This document shows positions 61,444 through 64,000 of a stretch of 64,000 nucleotides of DNA, piece after piece. The notes under the pieces were generated by a model. The model worked only from the letters and a program-made list of their open reading frames with translations. It was not told the origin of the DNA and did no database searches. A program made the translations under genes and the position numbers. Source of the DNA: Mobula hypostoma (Eukaryota); contig NC_086098.1 in assembly GCF_963921235.1 (NCBI RefSeq), positions 155,868,001-155,932,000 on the forward strand, read 5' to 3'. The stretch's first letter is position 1. Each line of letters starts with the position of its first letter.

Positions 61444-61690
61444 CGTTGACTGCAAGCAGGAGGGACATCTACAGAGAACGGAGTTACACGGTGCACAGCG
61501 TGCGGTTCTGCCGTTCGTGACTCTGAGAATCGCAATGATAAAATCAAAGGGCGACTCCGCCCAAGATTTCAACAGTCAGACACAGCAGTCTGGTCGGGCG
61601 GCTCAACGCCAGCTTCTCAAAGATAATCGGGGATGGAGAGTAAATTGAATCCTCAACCAGTGCCGTGTCTTTTATTAACTTCTTGTAAGA
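61444..61690 (+). pseudogene. Candidate decayed V relic, 3'-truncated by CR1
   Basis: One frame reads STENGVTRCTACGSAVRDSEN..IKGRLRPRF..VWSGGST..*SGM vs [39 protein letters not shown]. Acceptor-like ttgcttgcag| followed by 11 nt encoding (x)LTA. Confidence 0.5.
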
Positions 61691-62395
61691 AATGAAGTGG
61701 TTCACTTTGGTCAGTCGAACATGATGGCAGAATATAGTATTAACGGTAAGATTCTTGGCTGTGTGGAGGATCTTGGGGTCCGAGTCCACAGGACGCTCAA
61801 AGCTGCATACGGTGTATTGGCCTTCATCTATCGTGGGATTGAGTTTACGAGCCGAGAGTTACTGTTGCAGCTATATAGCACCCTGGTCAGACCCCATTTG
61901 GAGTACTGTGCTCAGTTCTGGTCGCCTCACTACAGGAAGGAAGTGGAAGCCATAGAAAGGGTGCAGAGGAGATTTACAAGGATGTTGCCTGGATTGGGGA
62001 GCATACCTAATGAAAACAGGTTGAGTGAACTCTGCCTTTTCTCCTTGGAGCGACGGAGGATGAGAGGTGACCTGATACAGGTGTATAAGATGATGAGAAG
62101 CATTGATCGTGTTGATAGAGGCTTTTTCCCAGGGCTGAAATGGTTGCCACAAGAGGACACAGGTTTAAAGTGCTGGGGAGTAGGTATAGAGGAGATGTCA
62201 GGGGTAAGTTTTTTACACAGAGAGTGGTGAGTGCGTGGAACGGGCTGCCGGCAACGGTGGTGGAGGTGTATACAATAGGGTCTTTTAAGACACTTTTGGA
62301 TAGGTACATGGAGCTTAGAAAAATAGAGGGCTATGGGTAAGCCTAGTAATTTCTAAGGTAGGGACACGTTGCTGTAGGTTTTCTGTGTTTCTATG
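61690..62395 (+). mobile_element. CR1 3' fragment
   Basis: ORF 61697-62230 ([17 protein letters not shown]) and 3' tail. Confidence 0.92.
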
Positions 62396-62796
62396 TAAAT
62401 GCAAACGAGTCGGCTGTGTGATGTACATACCTGTACCTGGAAGTTGAGTACAATAAAATCATAAAATGTAGGGATTGTATGTAAATACTTGAAAGAAATT
62501 TGGGGTGACGAATTTAAATGAATCACAGCTCCCTAGAAGATGAAACTACTCCTCAGCTCTGCGTTGAAGTACTAATCCTTTACCACGAAAATATAGAACA
62601 TAGAACATTATAGCATAGTAAGGCCCTTCAGCCCAAGATGTTGCGCCGACCTTTAACCTGCTCTAATATGAATCTAACCCCTCTCTACCAGCGACCCCCC
62701 CCCAACCGGCAAGACGTTCCACGCACTCACCATTATCTCTGTGACAAAACCCATTTCTGACAACCAAGTATAATTTCCTCCAATCGCCTTAAAAGT

Positions 62797-63100
62797 GCAC
62801 TCAGTGGCCATTTTAGTGGGTGCGGCTGTGCACCTGCTCTTTAATGCAACTATCTAATCAGCCATCACTGAATAAAGGCACGCAGATATGGTGAAGAGCA
62901 CCACACACAAAATGCTGGAGAAACTCAGCAGGACAGGCAGCATCTATGGAAAGGAGTACAGTCGAGCCCTTTCAAGAGATTCAGTTGTTCAGATCAAACA
63001 TCGGAATGGGGAAGAAATGTGATTTAAGTGACTTTGACCAGGGAATGATTGTTGGTGCCAGATAGGTTAGTTTGAGTATCTCAGAAACCGCTGACTCTTA
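62797..63100 (+). mobile_element. Tc1 (same family as 37109-37570) 5' fragment carrying a half-hairpin repeat
   Basis: cactcagtggccattttagtgg terminus and atggggaagaaatgtgatttaagtgactttgacc transposase start. Confidence 0.8.
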
Positions 63101-63104
63101 TTTA

Positions 63105-64000
63105 TTAACAGTTGTTGGATGCACAATCTCTCCCATCTCAGCCGCTGAAGCTTGTGATTCCTCAAGGGTTGTCATAGGTCTCTTGGTGGTCTCTCTCATT
63201 AGTCCCCTTCTTGCACAGTCACTCAGTTTTTGAGGATGGCCCGCTCTAGGCAGATTTACAGCTGTGCCATATTGTTTCCATTTCTTGATGATTGCAAGGG
63301 ATATTCAGTGACTTGGAAATTTTCTTGTATCCATCTCCTGACCTGTGCTTTTCAATAATCTTTTTTGTGGAGTTGCTTGGAGTGTTCTTTTGTCTTTATC
63401 GTGTAGTTTTTGCACCAGCAGTTGGACCTGCCAGATACCAGTGTATTGTTACTGCAATCAGTTGAAACACCTTGACTGCACACAGGTCTCCAAAATCAGA
63501 TCTCCATTCAACTAATTATGTGACTTCTAAAACCAATTGGCTGCACCAGTGGTGATTTAGCGTGTCATATTAAAGGGGCTGAGTACTTATGCAATCGATT
63601 ATTTTGTGTTTTATATTTATAATTTAGTGTTGGCACGTGGGGAAGTGGTTAAGGCATCGGTCTAGTGATCTGAAGGTCGGTAGTTCGAACCTCAGCTGAG
63701 GCAGCGTGTTGTGTCCTTGAGCAAGACACTTAACCACACATTGCTCTGCGACGACACCGGTGCCAAGCTGTATCGGCCCTAGTGCCCTTCCCTTGGACAA
63801 CATTAGTGGCTTAGAGAGGGGAGACTTGCAGCATTGGCAACTGCTGGTCTTCCATACAACCTTGCCCAGGCCTGCACCCTGGAAACCTTCCAACGCGCAA
63901 ATCCATGGTCTCACGAAACTAACGGATGGCTATATATTTATAATTTAGATCACTTCATCGAGATCTGTTTTCAATTTCACACGAAAGAGTATTTTTCTGT
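63105..64000 (-). mobile_element. Third Tc1-like element, 5' part, interrupted by a SINE; runs off right edge
   Basis: Degenerate N-terminal transposase and a TIR-type segment (attaaaggggctgagtacttatgcaatc..gatctgttttcaatttcacacgaaagag). Confidence 0.7.
63628..63936 (+). mobile_element. tRNA-headed SINE with target-site duplication
   Basis: Same ~120-nt head as 7156-7385 (box B GTTCGAACC). tttataatttag is duplicated at 63616-63627 and 63937-63948. Confidence 0.88.

Noticed and set aside
1-64000. Ig constant (C1-set) exon, tRNA/rRNA genes, CRISPR arrays
   Set aside because: None recognised. tRNA-like boxes belong to SINE heads.

Overview
Repeat-dense vertebrate genomic DNA, most likely from a cartilaginous fish (inferred from the CR1/HER1-type LINEs, V-SINE/HE1-type SINEs and a germline-joined immunoglobulin light-chain gene). 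Most of the window is nested transposon debris: many CR1 LINE copies (one young subfamily), a Rex1/Babar LINE, Tc1 DNA transposons, a fragmented Ty3/Gypsy element, a Penelope-like element, a HERO-like fragment, several SINE families and a recurrent hairpin repeat. The only clear host gene is a lambda-like Ig light-chain leader + pre-joined V-J exon on the minus strand (2463-2999). Its octamer/TATA promoter, leader, splice sites and Ig motifs are intact, but it carries one nonsense codon (W-Y to W-stop). No RSS and no C exon were found in the window. The main unexpected signal, from manual alignment only, is that several short unique islands between the repeats (best at 9.6 kb and 61.4 kb; also 4.6, 22.1, 23.6, 29.1, 36.3 and 41-42 kb) show collinear remnants of V or V-J exons in both orientations. 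This suggests a graveyard of decayed germline-joined light-chain paralogues and needs a frameshift-aware profile search to confirm. Repeat boundaries are approximate unless target-site duplications are quoted.
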